A stretch of DNA of 64,000 nt from NCBI GenBank assembly GCA_964522855.1, contig CAZFXI010000003.1, positions 4,265-68,264 of the forward strand, written 5' to 3'. The DNA comes from an uncultured Sedimenticola sp. (lineage in GTDB: Bacteria; Pseudomonadota; Gammaproteobacteria; Chromatiales; Chromatiaceae). Shown here in pieces: positions 40,611 to 49,754 of this stretch (positions within the stretch are counted from its first letter, which is position 1; every line of letters begins with the position of its first letter). The translations under genes were made by a program, and so were the position numbers. The notes beneath the pieces are model-generated. The model did not search any database, was not told the DNA's origin, and saw only the letters and a list, made by a program, of their open reading frames with translations.

Positions 40611-40900
40611 CAACGACTCCCCGTCGGATGCTTACGCATTTTTTCCATCTGTTCGCGCCATTGTTTTTCTACAGTTTCAATCTCCGCCTTGTCGATGGCA
40701 CCGTCTTTGTTGCTGTCCATATTGGCAAATTGTTTCTCGTGGGGGGCAAAGAATTCTTCTTTGGTGACTTTGCCGTCCTTGTTGCTGTCCAGTTGCAACA
40801 TGAAGGCATCGGACATGGATGCCGGTCTGGTTGCAGTAGGCTGGGCGTCGGCAATCACAGGAAGTAAAAAGAGAACGGATGAGAGGAGTGTTTTTTTCAT
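40610..40900 (-). CDS. small exported two-EF-hand Ca2+-binding protein
   Basis: Signal peptide; loops DSNKDGKVTKEE and DSNKDGAIDKAE fit the DxDxDG...E pattern. Confidence 0.82.
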   Translation of the reverse strand: MKKTLLSSVLFLLPVIADAQPTATRPASMSDAFMLQLDSNKDGKVTKEEFFAPHEKQFANMDSNKDGAIDKAEIETVEKQWREQMEKMRKHPTGSR

Positions 40901-40923
40901 GATGGATTCCGGTTGAAAACGTA

Positions 40924-41274
40924 TTATGAAGGGTGATTGATTTTCCTGAGGGCATTTTCCGTTGCCTGGAACAGGATTTCCCGAATGGCGCGAACGTGGT
41001 CAGGATGCAACTGCAGAAACTCCATTTTTTCCAGACTTTCCTCTTGCAATTGTTGCAGCGCAGTTCGAACACTGCTTGCCTGATCCGCTTGGCGGTTGGA
41101 ATTCGTTGCTGCGAGGTTGTTGTCGGCCAGCATGACTCGTGCTGAGCGCGGGATGATTCGCGGCTGTGCTGTTCCTTCGGCACAGGCAAGCAAGGGGCTG
41201 GTTTTCTGCCATTTCCTTCCCTGCCAGATGAATTGTTGCCCCGGCGGCAGTTGCCCGAATTTCTGTTCAGCCAC
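40924..41274 (-). CDS. hypothetical protein (about 116 aa)
   Basis: GTG start at 41274 overlapping the CBS gene end; KFGQLPPGQQFIWQGRKWQKTSPLLA N-terminus followed by a helical C-terminus. Confidence 0.6.
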   Translation of the reverse strand: MAEQKFGQLPPGQQFIWQGRKWQKTSPLLACAEGTAQPRIIPRSARVMLADNNLAATNSNRQADQASSVRTALQQLQEESLEKMEFLQLHPDHVRAIREILFQATENALRKINHPS

Positions 41275-41854
41275 CTTGAGCCATTGCCGCGATGTTGCTT
41301 GCCATGTGGGAACTCTGGACTTCGTAGCCCAGTTGTTTGCTGAATTGCGTGGTGGAAAGCACGCCGCGAATGATCTGTTTGTCACTGGCTGCATCATGTT
41401 CAACCACCAGGGCGTGCTGGCGTCCCATACGCTTGAAGGTCTCCAGAAGATCGCCCACCCGGGATTTCTGGATCTCGGTGAACTCCAGGGCTTCAAGTTT
41501 CAGGCGGGGGGTCATGATGTCACGCACCATCACATCTTCCATTTTACCGCCGTTTTCCGACAATACCTGCATGGGCTTCGGGCCGCTGAGGTCATTCGCC
41601 GTGATCAATCCCAGGACTTCATGGTACTGGTTGGTCACAAAAAGCATTTGTACGCCACTGGAGATCATCCGTTCCCTGGCCTGTTCCAGATTGGCACAGG
41701 GATTGACGCTGATGGCGGTCACCTTGGTAAAGTCAGTCATCACTTCTATCGCCGGGTCTTCCAGGCTTACTTGTGGCTTGAATACCTGATGTGGCTTGTG
41801 ATAAGTCACGTCTGTGTCGATCATGGTGACTGGCAGGGTTCTGTATGAAGGCAT
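41267..41854 (-). CDS. CBS-domain pair protein
   Basis: AIEVMTDF, LFVTNQYHEVLGLITANDL, VRDIMTP, HALVVE, IRGVLS; GGAG SD before ATG 41854. Confidence 0.85.
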   Translation of the reverse strand: MPSYRTLPVTMIDTDVTYHKPHQVFKPQVSLEDPAIEVMTDFTKVTAISVNPCANLEQARERMISSGVQMLFVTNQYHEVLGLITANDLSGPKPMQVLSENGGKMEDVMVRDIMTPRLKLEALEFTEIQKSRVGDLLETFKRMGRQHALVVEHDAASDKQIIRGVLSTTQFSKQLGYEVQSSHMASNIAAMAQGG

Positions 41855-42100
41855 GTTACCGCTCCTGATCTGATTTGACTGTTCTATCTGTGCGTCGTAT
41901 TTGTACTTTAACAGCCGAATTGGAAAGGTCAATATGGATCTTGCTTGTCAGGCGAGGGCCGGGGGCCTGAATATATCGTGGTTTCTTTTTCACGCGACGT
42001 TGTAGTGTGAAGTGTCAACACGGCTTATCGCAACTTGATGCAATGTTCCCGGGGGACTGCATCCCCGGGAAATTAGCCTATACTTGACCATAGACGAGTA

Positions 42101-42198
42101 TGTAGCATCTTCCGTGTGCGAAGCGGAGTCGAATACCGTTCGCAAGACGAGAACAAACCCGTCTCAAAAGCTGCTGAGAAGCAATATGAGGTGCTACA
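42101..42198 (+). ncRNA. candidate structured RNA (four-way junction), family unknown
   Basis: 11-bp closing helix plus three inner hairpins, one with a GAGA tetraloop; TATACT -10-like element at 42079-42084. Confidence 0.25.
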
Positions 42199-42258
42199 GC
42201 AAGAATTCACTGTTTGCGCGTTGGTTTTCTGTGGTTTAATGCCGCAGGTAAGGGGATA

Positions 42259-42525
42259 ATGCCTGATCTGGAAGGAAAAATAGCCAGTTATTTGCAGGGG
42301 TGCCGGGAGTTGGCCGATCTGGCGGACAGGAATGGCTGTTGGCTGGCAGATTCCATTGCATTCGATATACTGCAAACCGAAGCCAGGGCGGTAGTCATTG
42401 CCGTGCGTTTCATCGAGGTGATGCAGGACACCCCGGGTTCCGGTGTGGAGCAGGTTGACAGGTATGGGCGTTTGAAGCTTGAACTGGACGAATTTGGCGA
42501 GATTTTATCGGCATATGTTTGTTAG
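42259..42525 (+). CDS. hypothetical protein (88 aa)
   Basis: AAGGGG SD before ATG 42259; immediately upstream of the EAL gene; no family recognised. Confidence 0.55.
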   Translation: MPDLEGKIASYLQGCRELADLADRNGCWLADSIAFDILQTEARAVVIAVRFIEVMQDTPGSGVEQVDRYGRLKLELDEFGEILSAYVC

Positions 42526-42542
42526 AAAAGGACACTTTTTTT

Positions 42543-44192
42543 ATGAGCGCAGTGCAGCCTGAACCGTCTGCAGATACGCAAGCGTCGGAAGCGGCAGCTT
42601 CGAAGGAAGCGGCGCATTCAGGAAGGAGTTCCTGGGTGTTGCTCATGGTTCTGGTGTTGTATGGAATGCTTTCCGTACTGGTCATTTTCAATGGCTATCA
42701 GGAATTCCAGTCATTTCGAATGCTGGAAGAAAGCGCCGCCGGCACGGGGTCATCGGCTGCCTCCCTTTATCGCCTGGTGCTCAGTCATGGCTTGTTACTG
42801 GTGCTGATGCTGGTAGCGCCCGCGATATTGATGTATGTCATCGTGAGGCGAGAGAAAGAGCTGCAGCAAATGCGTGTACAACATGATGCATTGCAATCTC
42901 AGTTGCGCTACCAAAGCTTTCACGACCCACTCACTTCTTTGCCCAACCGCATGTTGCTGGAAGAGCAGCTCAATAACAAGATTGCGAGTGCCCGCCGTTC
43001 TGGTAAGCGCTTCCTGTTTCTGCTGGCCAGTCTGAATGACTTCAAACGTATCAATAAGAATCTGGGCTATGAAATTGGCGATGATGTATTGCGCCTGGTT
43101 GCGCAGAATATCGTCAGTGGCTTGCGTGATGCAGATGCTGTCGCACGTTTTGACGGCGATGTGTTTGCCGTTATCGCGGATATCAATGAAAAAACCGAAG
43201 CGAATATCATTGCCAGGAAAGTGCAGCACGCCCTTGCCCGCCCCATTGATGTGGCGGAATCCCCTTTGACCGTGAGTGCCGCCATTGGCGCGGCCATTTT
43301 CCCCGATCAGGGAGAAGACATGACGGTGCTTATCAAGCACGCGGACAATGCGGTTACCAAAGCCCGGGCTACAGGAACCAACAACATCGTATTTTCCGAA
43401 GAAGATGCGAGCAGCGGCCTGGATCGGATGGCGCTGATCACGGGTATCAAGGATGCCATGCTGGATGGGCATTTGAGCATGGTGTACCAGCCCAAGCTGA
43501 TGTTGACGGCACCTGACACCCATACCTTCGAGGCGCTGCTGCGCTGGCATCATCCCGAACATGGGCTGCTGCCCTGCGATATGTATATCCCCCTGGTGGA
43601 ACAGACGCGGCATATTATCGACCTGACCCATTGGACGGTGGAGAACATTTTTTCCACACAGCGCGATCTGCAGAACCAGGGTGTCAATGTCAGCATTGCC
43701 ATCAATCTGTCTGCGCGGGTTCTGGATGAGGACGGTTTTCCCCTCTGGGTCGAGCGCATGATCGGCCAGTATGGCCTTGATCCGGCCTTGGTTCGCTTCG
43801 AGATCACTGAAAGCGCCATCATGCAGGATTCCGAACGCGCCTTGCAGGTGCTGCTGCAACTGGCTGCAATAGGCGTCGGCCTGAGTATCGACGACTTTGG
43901 TGTCGGGCAATCTTCCCTTGCCTATCTTTCCCGCCTACCGGTGGACGAGCTCAAGGTGGACAAGAGTTTTGTGGTGAATATGATCAAATGGGAGAGCGAT
44001 CGGGCCATTGTCAGGGCGACCATCAATCTGGCTCATGATCTGGGGATGTGTGTGGTCGCTGAAGGGGTAGAGGAGATGGATCAGGCGGCCATGTTGCGAG
44101 AAATGGAGTGCGACATGCTGCAGGGCTACTACATCAGCCATCCGCTGACCGAGGAACAACTGCAGCAGTGGATTTCATCCCAAGCGGCGTGA
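42543..44192 (+). CDS. membrane-anchored degenerate-GGDEF/EAL protein, probable c-di-GMP phosphodiesterase
   Basis: Two TMs; HDPLTSLPNR; A-site reads DGDVF with RDAD I-site; intact EAL, DDFGVG, KVDK, AEGVE. Confidence 0.9.
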   Translation: MSAVQPEPSADTQASEAAASKEAAHSGRSSWVLLMVLVLYGMLSVLVIFNGYQEFQSFRMLEESAAGTGSSAASLYRLVLSHGLLLVLMLVAPAILMYVIVRREKELQQMRVQHDALQSQLRYQSFHDPLTSLPNRMLLEEQLNNKIASARRSGKRFLFLLASLNDFKRINKNLGYEIGDDVLRLVAQNIVSGLRDADAVARFDGDVFAVIADINEKTEANIIARKVQHALARPIDVAESPLTVSAAIGAAIFPDQGEDMTVLIKHADNAVTKARATGTNNIVFSEEDASSGLDRMALITGIKDAMLDGHLSMVYQPKLMLTAPDTHTFEALLRWHHPEHGLLPCDMYIPLVEQTRHIIDLTHWTVENIFSTQRDLQNQGVNVSIAINLSARVLDEDGFPLWVERMIGQYGLDPALVRFEITESAIMQDSERALQVLLQLAAIGVGLSIDDFGVGQSSLAYLSRLPVDELKVDKSFVVNMIKWESDRAIVRATINLAHDLGMCVVAEGVEEMDQAAMLREMECDMLQGYYISHPLTEEQLQQWISSQAA

Positions 44193-44369
44193 TTTGCAAT
44201 AAGCCATTGTTTTTACGCTAATACTTTCCTCATGTTGCGTATTGTCAATAGGGTGGTTTTGTATAAAAACGGTTGACCTAAATAAGCATTCTCTGTTATA
44301 CATAACGGGTTTTTATCCCGCCCTGAAAGGGCGGTGTCTTTATGTAACTGAGAACTATGGAGTTGGGAA

Positions 44370-44678
44370 ATGAAAAAAATCATTGTGATTGCAGCACTGG
44401 TAGCTGGTTTGGGTTCTTTTGGTTCTGCCATGGCGGCAGGTGACGCAGCAGCAGGCAAGGTTAAAGCCGCCGTCTGCGCTGCCTGTCATGGTGCTGCCGG
44501 CATCAGCGCCAACGCATTGTGGCCAAACCTGGCCGGTCAGAAAGCCGACTATATGATCAAGCAGCTGAAAGCCTTCAAAGCGGGCACCCGCAAGGATCCG
44601 CTGATGTCTCCCCAGGCCGCACTGCTGTCTGACCAGGACATGGAAAACTTGGCTGCGTATTTCTCCAGCCTGAAGTAA
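44370..44678 (+). CDS. monoheme class I cytochrome c (c4-half-like)
   Basis: Signal peptide, CAACH, WPNLAGQ, distal Met in DPLMSPQA. Confidence 0.92.
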   Translation: MKKIIVIAALVAGLGSFGSAMAAGDAAAGKVKAAVCAACHGAAGISANALWPNLAGQKADYMIKQLKAFKAGTRKDPLMSPQAALLSDQDMENLAAYFSSLK

Positions 44679-44684
44679 CGAATG

Positions 44685-44720
44685 AAAAACAGGGAGTCCA
44701 GGGTGGCTCCCTGTTTTTTT
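44685..44720. terminator. bidirectional intrinsic terminator
   Basis: aaaaacagggag / ctccctgttttttt stem with a U7 tract. Confidence 0.8.
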
Positions 44721-44761
44721 GCTAATCAATCAAGAATTTTAGAATGTACTTGGAGTATGAA

Positions 44762-45367
44762 ATGAAAAAAGCGGTATTGATTGCTTCTTTTGTGGCCATC
44801 GCTGTCTCCGGCGTTGCGCAGGCAGCGGGTGATGCGGCCTCCGGCAAAACAAAATCTGCGGCCTGTGCTGCCTGTCATGGTGCTGACGGTAACAGCGGTG
44901 TGAATCCCCTGTGGCCGAAACTGGCGGGTCAGCATCCCAAGTACATCAAAAAGCAACTGCATGACTTCAAGGCGACCAAGCGCAAGGACGCCACCATGGC
45001 GCCCATGGCGGCTCCCCTGAAGGATCAGGATATCGAAGATCTGGCTGCTTATTTCTCCAGCCAGACACGTACCATAGGTGAGGCAGCTGCGGATAAGGTG
45101 GATATGGGCCAAAGCCTTTACCGTGCCGGCAGCAGCAACGGCGCGCCCGCCTGTTCCGGCTGTCATGGCCCTGCGGGTGGTGGAAACGGCGCAGCAAACT
45201 TTCCCGGCATCAGTGGTCAGAGCGCCGCCTATGTGGCCAAGCAGCTCAAGGATTTCCGTTCCGGCGCGCGCAGCAACGACATGAACGGCATGATGGCCGG
45301 CGTAGCCGCAAAGCTGACCGACAAGGAGATCGACGCAGTTTCCCAGTACGTGCAGGGACTGCACTGA
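44762..45367 (+). CDS. diheme cytochrome c4
   Basis: Signal peptide; CAACH and CSGCH; PKLAGQH and PGISGQ; two distal Met segments. Confidence 0.93.
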   Translation: MKKAVLIASFVAIAVSGVAQAAGDAASGKTKSAACAACHGADGNSGVNPLWPKLAGQHPKYIKKQLHDFKATKRKDATMAPMAAPLKDQDIEDLAAYFSSQTRTIGEAAADKVDMGQSLYRAGSSNGAPACSGCHGPAGGGNGAANFPGISGQSAAYVAKQLKDFRSGARSNDMNGMMAGVAAKLTDKEIDAVSQYVQGLH

Positions 45368-45406
45368 TACGCCGAAGTATCCCGGGCTGATTCAGCCCTC
45401 CAAGAA

Positions 45407-45439
45407 GCCCCGCCAGCATCTGCCTGCGGGGTTTTTTTT
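45407..45439 (+). terminator. intrinsic terminator after cytochrome c4
   Basis: ccccgc / gcgggg stem followed by a run of 8 T. Confidence 0.75.
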
Positions 45440-45551
45440 GGCTGTGGGAATGAGGTTTCTGTCTCGGTTTGGCGCGAGAAGTTAATGAATCATATGACCT
45501 GCCGCTATATATCAACGAAACAGAATAACCATTGCTGCAGGAAACAGACAA

Positions 45552-47609
45552 ATGAACTACAAAACCGCCGTTGGCCATGCGGGTATCACAGCCTCGCTGT
45601 GTCTTGCTGTCGGAGTAGGCACCGTCGTTCATGCAGAGGAATCCCTCGATTCTTACCTGGATGCGCCGCTTGAAGACCTTCTGAGCATGGAGGTGACCTC
45701 GGTAGCCAAGAAGAAACAGCCCCTCAATGAGGTATCTGCAGCTATTTTCATTATCACCAGCAACGATATCCGCCGTTCGGGTGCCACTTCCATTCCAGAG
45801 GCCTTGCGACTGGCGCCGGGCATCCATGTGGCCCGTATCGATGCCAACAAGTGGGCCATCAGCAGCCGGGGATTCAACAGTCAGTTTGCCAACAAGTTGC
45901 TGGTAATGATCGATGGCCGTACCGTCTATACACCGTCATTCTCAGGGGTTTACTGGGATGCGCAGGATACCCTGCTCGAAGATATCGATCGTATCGAAGT
46001 GATTCGCGGTCCTGGTGCCACGGTGTGGGGGGCCAACGCGGTGAACGGGGTGATCAACATCATTACCCGAGATGCTGCCCGGACCGAAAGCGGCTATTTC
46101 ACCGCAGCAGCAGGTGCAAATGAAGAGGCCTTTACAGGTTTTCGATATGGTACGGCAATCGGGGATCAGGGCTCTGCCCGCTTTTACCTGAAATACAATG
46201 ACCATGGGGCATCCTGGACGTCTTCCGGTGAAGGAGAGGATGACTGGACGAGCCGACGAGCCGGTTTTCGTGCCGATGGACGGATATCGGAAAGTGATTT
46301 GTGGACCTTCCAGGGTGATGTCTATGATTCAGATGAGAGCCAGCTGGTTCTCGAATGGAAAGACCCGGCTGATCCGGCAAATGCGCCTTATGCCCCTTTC
46401 TATGCAATTCCCGGTGTGCGGGATGAGGTAGATTCCTCGGGATGGAACCTGCTGGCCCGCTGGGAGCATACCGTGTCTGCAGATTCCAACATGATGCTTC
46501 AGGTCTATTTTGACCATGCCGACAGATCGGAGCTGATCATCGATCAGGTGCATGACACCCTGGATATTGATTTCCATCACCAGTTCCGGCCGTTACCGGC
46601 CAATGATTTCATCTGGGGCCTGGGATATCGGCGTATTCGCGATGATTTCGACAATAACTTCCTTGGCAGCATGATTCCGGAAAGCAGCACACGGGATATC
46701 TACAGCGCGTTTCTGCAGGATGAAATCGAGCTGCTGCCGGATCGGTGGCGGCTGATTCTTGGTTCCAAGTTCGAGCATAACGACTACACGGGGTTCGAGG
46801 TGCAGCCCAGTGGCCGCTTGCTGTGGACGCCGGATGCTCGCAGTACGTTCTGGGGGGCTGTTTCCAAGGCAGTGAGAACACCTTCACGGGTGGAAAACGG
46901 ATCACAGGTAGTGTCAGTAATTGTTCCTGCCATGCCGCCATTCGTGTCCCAACCTACGGTGCTTCATTCCCTCGGTAACGAGGATTTTGATTCAGAGAAA
47001 CTGCTGGCCTATGAGCTGGGATATCGTGTCCAGCCCCGTGAAGATCTGTCTGTGGATCTTTCCCTGTTCTACAATGATTATGATGACCTGCAGTCCTTCG
47101 AGTCAGCACAGCCCCAGAGCCCGCTTTCGGATGTGGTTTTCGACAACAAGCTGGCTTCGAGCAGCTACGGAATGGAGCTGGTCGTGGACTGGTGGCCACA
47201 GGACTGGTGGCGCCTGCAGACCAGCTACAGCTATCTGCACCTGTCGCTATCACTGGACAAGGACAGCCGTGATCCTGACAACAACAATACCCTGGTAGAG
47301 CATTCCAGTCCGAACCATCAGCTTTCCATCCGCTCGATGATGGACCTGAGAGACGATTTGATGTTGGATATGTGGCTCTACTATGTCGACGAGTTGGAGC
47401 GTACGGCGTATTCCCGCATCGATTCTGCCGTGCCTGCCTATACCAGTTTCAATGTCCGCCTTGCCTGGACGCCGGCAAAGAATGTGGAGTTGTCGCTGGT
47501 GGGACAGAACCTCTTCGATGATCACCATCCCGAATTCGTGGGTGAAAATTTCCTGATTCCCACGGAAGTCGAACGCTCCTGGCTTGCCCAGCTGCGCTGG
47601 GATTTCTGA
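45552..47609 (+). CDS. TonB-dependent receptor, paralog 1
   Basis: Signal peptide, LEDLLSMEVTSVAKK, plug motifs (EALRLAPG, LLVMIDGR, IDRIEVIRGPGATVWGANAVNGVINIIT), C-terminal aromatic residue (WDF). Confidence 0.93.
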   Translation: MNYKTAVGHAGITASLCLAVGVGTVVHAEESLDSYLDAPLEDLLSMEVTSVAKKKQPLNEVSAAIFIITSNDIRRSGATSIPEALRLAPGIHVARIDANKWAISSRGFNSQFANKLLVMIDGRTVYTPSFSGVYWDAQDTLLEDIDRIEVIRGPGATVWGANAVNGVINIITRDAARTESGYFTAAAGANEEAFTGFRYGTAIGDQGSARFYLKYNDHGASWTSSGEGEDDWTSRRAGFRADGRISESDLWTFQGDVYDSDESQLVLEWKDPADPANAPYAPFYAIPGVRDEVDSSGWNLLARWEHTVSADSNMMLQVYFDHADRSELIIDQVHDTLDIDFHHQFRPLPANDFIWGLGYRRIRDDFDNNFLGSMIPESSTRDIYSAFLQDEIELLPDRWRLILGSKFEHNDYTGFEVQPSGRLLWTPDARSTFWGAVSKAVRTPSRVENGSQVVSVIVPAMPPFVSQPTVLHSLGNEDFDSEKLLAYELGYRVQPREDLSVDLSLFYNDYDDLQSFESAQPQSPLSDVVFDNKLASSSYGMELVVDWWPQDWWRLQTSYSYLHLSLSLDKDSRDPDNNNTLVEHSSPNHQLSIRSMMDLRDDLMLDMWLYYVDELERTAYSRIDSAVPAYTSFNVRLAWTPAKNVELSLVGQNLFDDHHPEFVGENFLIPTEVERSWLAQLRWDF

Positions 47610-47668
47610 TCTTGACCTGACTTGGAGAAACGAAGCTGTCTGCATCGATAATGCAGCGGAGAAAGCGT

Positions 47669-49726
47669 ATGACCATCAACAAGAACAAAGAACATGGAAT
47701 CACCGCCACGCGGGTGATCTGTACAGGCGCGTTGTTGCTTCTGACCGCGAATGCCTGTGCAGGGGAGGAGCCCGATTATCTGGACCTGCCGCTGGAAGAT
47801 CTGCTGAGCATGGAAGTTACTTCGGCAGCCAAGAAAGAGCAGCGTCTGAAGGAGACGGCGGCCTCGGTATTCGTTATCACCAACGAGGATATCCGGCGTT
47901 CGGGCGTCACTTCCGTTCCCGAGGCCCTACGCCTCGCTCCTGGTGTCCAGGTGGCTCGCATCGATGCCAACAAGTGGGCCATCACCACCCGGGGCTTCAA
48001 CAACCAGTTCGTCAACATGTTGTTGGTTATGATCGATGGTCGCACCGTCTACAGCCCGACCATTTCCGGTATTTACTGGGATGCCCAGGATACCTTGCTC
48101 GAGGACATCGATCGCATCGAGGTGGTTCGCGGGCCGGGCGCCACGCTCTGGGGGGCCAATGCGGTCAATGGGGTGATCAATATCATCACCCGCAATGCCG
48201 GGGATACCCAGGGCGGGTTGCTGGTAGCGGGTGGTGGAAACGAGGAAAAAGCCAATGTAGGTCTGCGTTATGGCGGATCGCTCGGCGATTCGGCCAAAGG
48301 CCGGGTCTATCTGAAGTTCAATGACCGGGACAGCTTCTGGCTGCCGGAAATCGGCAGGGATGCCGGCGATCAGTGGCGCAGCCTGCGAGGCGGCTTCCGG
48401 ATCGATGGCAATGCTGCTGATGAGGACAGCTGGACTTTTCAGGGCGACATATATGATGCCGATGAAAACCAGACAGCCAATTACTGGCTCGATCCTGCCG
48501 ATCCAGCCAATGCGCCCTATGCCCCCTACTATGTGGATGCGCTGGTTCAGGATCCGGTGGAATCCTCCGGATGGAATCTTCTGGGGCGCTGGGAGCGCCA
48601 GCTGGAGGGCGATGCGATCGCCACCCTGCAGGTGTATTACGATCACGCCAGGCGAGCCGAAGCCTTTTCCACCCAGAAGTACGATACCCTGGACATCGAT
48701 TTTCAGCACCGTTTTCAACCGCTGTCGGGCCATGACCTGGTTTGGGGTCTGAACTACCGGCACATCCGGGACGACTTCAACAACACGTTCATGGCCTCTG
48801 TGCTGCCCGATAGCCAGACGACTGATTTGTACAGCTTTTTCATCCAGGACGAGATTGAACTGCTGCCGAACAAACTGCGGCTGATTCTTGGTTCCAAGTT
48901 CGAACACAATGATTACACCGGGATGGAGATACAGCCCACGGGGCGCCTGCTCTGGCTGGTGGATGAACGTATTACCCTGTGGGGCGCCGTTTCCCGCGCC
49001 GTGAGAACGCCTTCACGAGTGGAGCGCAGTTCGGATATCGTCTTCCAGATCGTGCCGCTACCGCCACCCGATCCGGCCCTCGTGGTACATGGCTATGGCA
49101 ATGAGGACTTTGACTCCGAAAGGCTGCTGGCCTATGAGCTGGGCCTGCGTTACCAGTTTCAGGCCAACCTGGCCCTGGATCTGGTGGCTTACTATCATGA
49201 CTATGATGATCTTGAGACGCTGGAAATGCAGCTCTCGCCCGAAGGCATTCCCTATCTGATTTTCGACAACAACCTGCTGGGCGACAGCAATGGTATCGAG
49301 CTGTCGCTGGACTGGCAACCGCTGGAATGGTGGCGCTTGCAGATGGGCTATAGCTACTATGATATTGCCACTTCTCTGGATGCCGGCAGTTCTTTTCTCG
49401 GCGCCATCGCCCCCAATGGCTTATCGACACCCACACATCAGGGCTCGTTGCGTTCCCTGATGGATATCGGCAATGATCTCAGCCTGGATTTCTGGGTCTA
49501 CTATGTCGGTGAGATCGAGCGACCCGCCTACCTGAGGGAAGCGTCGGTGCCGGCGTATACCAGCGTGAATCTGCGCCTGGCCTGGCGGCCCAGTGAAGAA
49601 CTGGAGCTGTCTCTGGTGGGACGGGATCTGCTCGACAGCCGGCATGAGGAGTTTGTGGGTGAGAGCTATCTCATGCCTACTGAAGTCGAACGCTCCTTCC
49701 TTGCCCAGGTGCTCTGGCATTTCTGA
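47669..49726 (+). CDS. TonB-dependent receptor, paralog 2
   Basis: Same plug motifs and C-terminal WHF; GGAG SD favours ATG 47669 over 47651. Confidence 0.93.
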   Translation: MTINKNKEHGITATRVICTGALLLLTANACAGEEPDYLDLPLEDLLSMEVTSAAKKEQRLKETAASVFVITNEDIRRSGVTSVPEALRLAPGVQVARIDANKWAITTRGFNNQFVNMLLVMIDGRTVYSPTISGIYWDAQDTLLEDIDRIEVVRGPGATLWGANAVNGVINIITRNAGDTQGGLLVAGGGNEEKANVGLRYGGSLGDSAKGRVYLKFNDRDSFWLPEIGRDAGDQWRSLRGGFRIDGNAADEDSWTFQGDIYDADENQTANYWLDPADPANAPYAPYYVDALVQDPVESSGWNLLGRWERQLEGDAIATLQVYYDHARRAEAFSTQKYDTLDIDFQHRFQPLSGHDLVWGLNYRHIRDDFNNTFMASVLPDSQTTDLYSFFIQDEIELLPNKLRLILGSKFEHNDYTGMEIQPTGRLLWLVDERITLWGAVSRAVRTPSRVERSSDIVFQIVPLPPPDPALVVHGYGNEDFDSERLLAYELGLRYQFQANLALDLVAYYHDYDDLETLEMQLSPEGIPYLIFDNNLLGDSNGIELSLDWQPLEWWRLQMGYSYYDIATSLDAGSSFLGAIAPNGLSTPTHQGSLRSLMDIGNDLSLDFWVYYVGEIERPAYLREASVPAYTSVNLRLAWRPSEELELSLVGRDLLDSRHEEFVGESYLMPTEVERSFLAQVLWHF

Positions 49727-49754
49727 TGAGCGGTTCTGGAACAAGGGATGACCA

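Noticed and set aside
42073-42375. 100-aa minus-strand ORF
   Set aside because: Atypical composition, overlaps the better-supported plus-strand ORF at 42259, and has no SD.
44273-44286. TTGAC-CTAA-ATAAG as an FNR box for the cytochromes
   Set aside because: Three mismatches to consensus; it is at least as well explained as a -35 element.
45384-45398. Perfect 7-1-7 palindrome GGGCTGA-T-TCAGCCC upstream of the receptor genes
   Set aside because: It lies before the c4 terminator, occurs once, and matches no operator I can name.
47584-48324. 246-aa plus-strand ORF overlapping the junction of the two TonB-dependent receptors, considered as a frameshift product
   Set aside because: Both receptors are complete in their own frames, with signal peptide and C-terminal Phe; this ORF is an off-frame shadow.
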